Assembly (NCBI RefSeq): GCF_004010195.1
Contig: NC_057718.1
Location: 59,268,485 to 59,332,484, forward strand
Direction of reading: 5' to 3'
Origin: Chiloscyllium plagiosum
Lineage: Eukaryota
DNA: 64,000 bases
Shown here: positions 61,758 to 64,000 of the stretch, one piece after another
How positions within the stretch are numbered: the first letter of the stretch is position 1
How the letters are laid out: each line of letters begins with the position of its first letter
The notes under the pieces: generated by a model
Told to the model about the DNA's origin: nothing
The model's database searches: none
Seen by the model: only the letters and a program-made list of their open reading frames with translations
Translations under genes and position numbers: made by a program

Positions 61758-62270
61758 AATCATAGAATGGTACAGAACAGGAAGTGGCCACTCGGCCTGT
61801 TGTGTACATCCTAACTCTCTTGAAGACCTACTTAACTAATCACACTCCCCTTCCCATTTCCTGTAGTCCTCTAGTTTTCTTTCTCTTTACTTTATTATTC
61901 AATTCCCTTATTCCCAGGCTGTGTATTTCAGATCCTAATTATTCACTTCAAAGAAGATCTTTACTCATGTCAACTCTGATTCTTTTGTCACTCCCCTTTA
62001 AATTGGTGTCCACTTATTCGCAAACCTTCTGTCAATGGAAACATTTTCTCCACACTTACTCTGTCCACACCCCTCATCATTTTGTACATTTCTATCCCAT
62101 CTCTCTCCACCATCTCCTCTAAAGAAATCAGTCCCAATTTTACCAAAATGCACTCATGATCCATGTCCAATGGTTTTGCAATACCTCACAGCATCCCTGC
62201 TAAAGCCGAGTGTCAAGAATTAAGTATTGTAATCGAGTTAAGGTGAACCATTGTTTTGTAAAGATTCACA
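61758..62270 (-). mobile_element. Old CR1 3' fragment
   Basis: ORF 61988-62170 IEMYKMMRGVDRV..GHQFK. Confidence 0.75.
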
Positions 62271-62897
62271 TGGGTTGGGGGTGACCAATGCCAATTAAGG
62301 CACGTAAGTAGGAAATTAATGTCCACTTAATGGCCTCATCCCATCACTGCTGATATTGAACCAGGAGCAGGAGGGAATTTGCCATACAGGAAGCCAAGAA
62401 AACAAACCTTACCAGCTCATGGGGGCGTTGCTCCATTTATTTGGGCTTGGTACGTGATTGGGAAGGGGGAGTCTATTAAGTGCTACCTGCCCTGATCTGC
62501 CCACCAACCCCTGCCCATCACACCCTCCTCTTTCCACTCACCCCTCCACCTCCAAGGCCCTGGAACTCACATTCTAATTTCATTTAATTACGATTTGTGT
62601 CCCTTGCTGTTCTTGAGACTCGGGTAAATGCATTGCCGGCAATTATCACTGCTTCTGCTGATATAGGTTTTAATGGCCTCCGATTAGCTCTGGGGTTGTG
62701 AATTTATGGATTATTGTCCTGGGATCCTTGGTTCAGGAGAAGGCCCACTGCTTGTCATAATATGTCAGCCCGTCCCGAAAGGAAGAAACATGGGGCTTTT
62801 GCTAATTCTCTAGCTGATAGGGAAGACACTCATCACCAAGATTAAATGTTGCCCTACATATCTATAATGTTCAGAATCTCAGAAGCTTAATGAGTTG

Positions 62898-63165
62898 TGT
62901 TATAGCTCACAGTCAGTACGTCAATATACTTTTAAGAGACAAGCTCATGATGTCATTATGATATCAAAGCATGTTATTTGGAGGTATAAAGATCTCATGC
63001 TCCACCCTGTCCTGGGATTATTTGAAACATGACATGTTATAGGAGTCATGCTGCTCAATTGTAGTTTAACGTGTATGTTTAATAGTTACTTCTAATAAAC
63101 ATCTGTTGGATTCATCAATACCCATGATATCTATGCTCAGTTTCTTTAGGTTATGACAGATAACA
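62898..63165 (+). repeat. Putative LTR
   Basis: TG..CA ends, TATAAA, AATAAA at 63094; ends in agataaca like the LTR at 40276-40493. Confidence 0.5.
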
Positions 63166-63309
63166 TAAGCACTGCCACATCACATAAAATCCCCTTTTGG
63201 AGGCAAACTCACCTCATGATTAGCAGCAATGGATGTCTGTTAAAAAATGCCAATATCTTGAAGTTGGATATTCTAAAAAACTAATCACTAACTAATTGCT
63301 AACCAACTA

Positions 63310-63600
63310 CACAACAACTTTGGGCATTAATATGTTCAGATAGTCAGCAGCATCATTTTCCCAGAAAACATTCCATCCAGCAGCACATGGATAAGATTAC
63401 TGAGAATGTACCTGATTGCAATATTGTCAGCTATGATGCAGTCATGGGTAAGACAAAGAGATATCAAGACAATTAAATTTCATAGGCAAACAGGTCTTAA
63501 TACTAAAAGCATCATGGCAAGCTATCATGTCCATACCAGGTTAGGAACTCATCTGTACTGGATGCACATGACAGGGAGTATTTGAATCTGTCAGGGATGA
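63310..63600 (+). pseudogene. Decayed Gypsy RT remnant
   Basis: IQQHMDKITENVPDCNIVSYDAVMGKT from 63375, versus the family FQ..MD.I....PG....ADDI.V.G.T. Confidence 0.6.
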
Positions 63601-64000
63601 ATCAGAAGCTTGAACAGCTTGTGAATGAAGGTGAAGCATGTCAAATGTAACAGCATGGGAGCGTCCCCGTACCCACAATATGCAAGTATTAGAATAATGT
63701 CTCATAGGAAATATGTTAGTGTAGCTCCACTCAGTTACGTGAATTTCTTCAATTGCAATATGTTTAGTCTTATTTTCAACAGCAAGTATTTAATTTGTCC
63801 CACTTCCACTCTATCGTGGAAAAACTATTTCACCTGTCGTACAGTCTGCCTAAAATGTTCATATGTGGCAAATAATGGACATAAATCTCCAGCCACCAAC
63901 AATGATTAACAAGGTATTCACATGCAATTTACTTAATATTACATATTTATATTCAACCGATCAGTATTCTAGGCTGAATACTGATGATTCACTTGGGTGG

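Noticed and set aside
1295..63909. Short ORFs as host genes
   Set aside because: They are transposon fragments, antisense frames or SINE read-throughs; no coherent exon chain is visible. Small exons cannot be excluded without RNA data.
1..64000. CRISPR array, operon or prokaryotic defence system
   Set aside because: No regularly spaced repeats or gene-dense organisation; the content is vertebrate retroelement DNA.

Overview
This is vertebrate DNA dominated by repeats, and I found no recognisable host protein-coding exon. The repeat families point to a cartilaginous fish (shark) intergenic or intronic region; this is an inference from HE1-type V-SINEs, HER1/CR1 LINEs and a Deu-domain SINE. 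The window is a nest of transposon layers: many CR1 LINEs, one TSD-flanked full-span L1-clade element plus an L1 3' fragment, about four decayed Gypsy LTR elements, PIF/Harbinger remnants (transposase plus Myb-like gene), SINEs, a MITE, and at least four Penelope-like elements (PLEs). The most notable signal is about ten minimal type-I hammerhead ribozyme (HHR) motifs, some intact and some degraded (CUGANGA-stem II-GAAA-NUH). They sit in PLE ends and in short non-coding PLE-derived elements that are often palindromic and carry their own 9-16 bp TSDs; one element has two HHRs in tandem 43 nt apart. A few repeat-free islands look like candidate enhancers. There is a 323-N assembly gap at 39265-39587. 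Boundaries of old repeats are approximate, and all family calls come from motif recognition rather than a database search.
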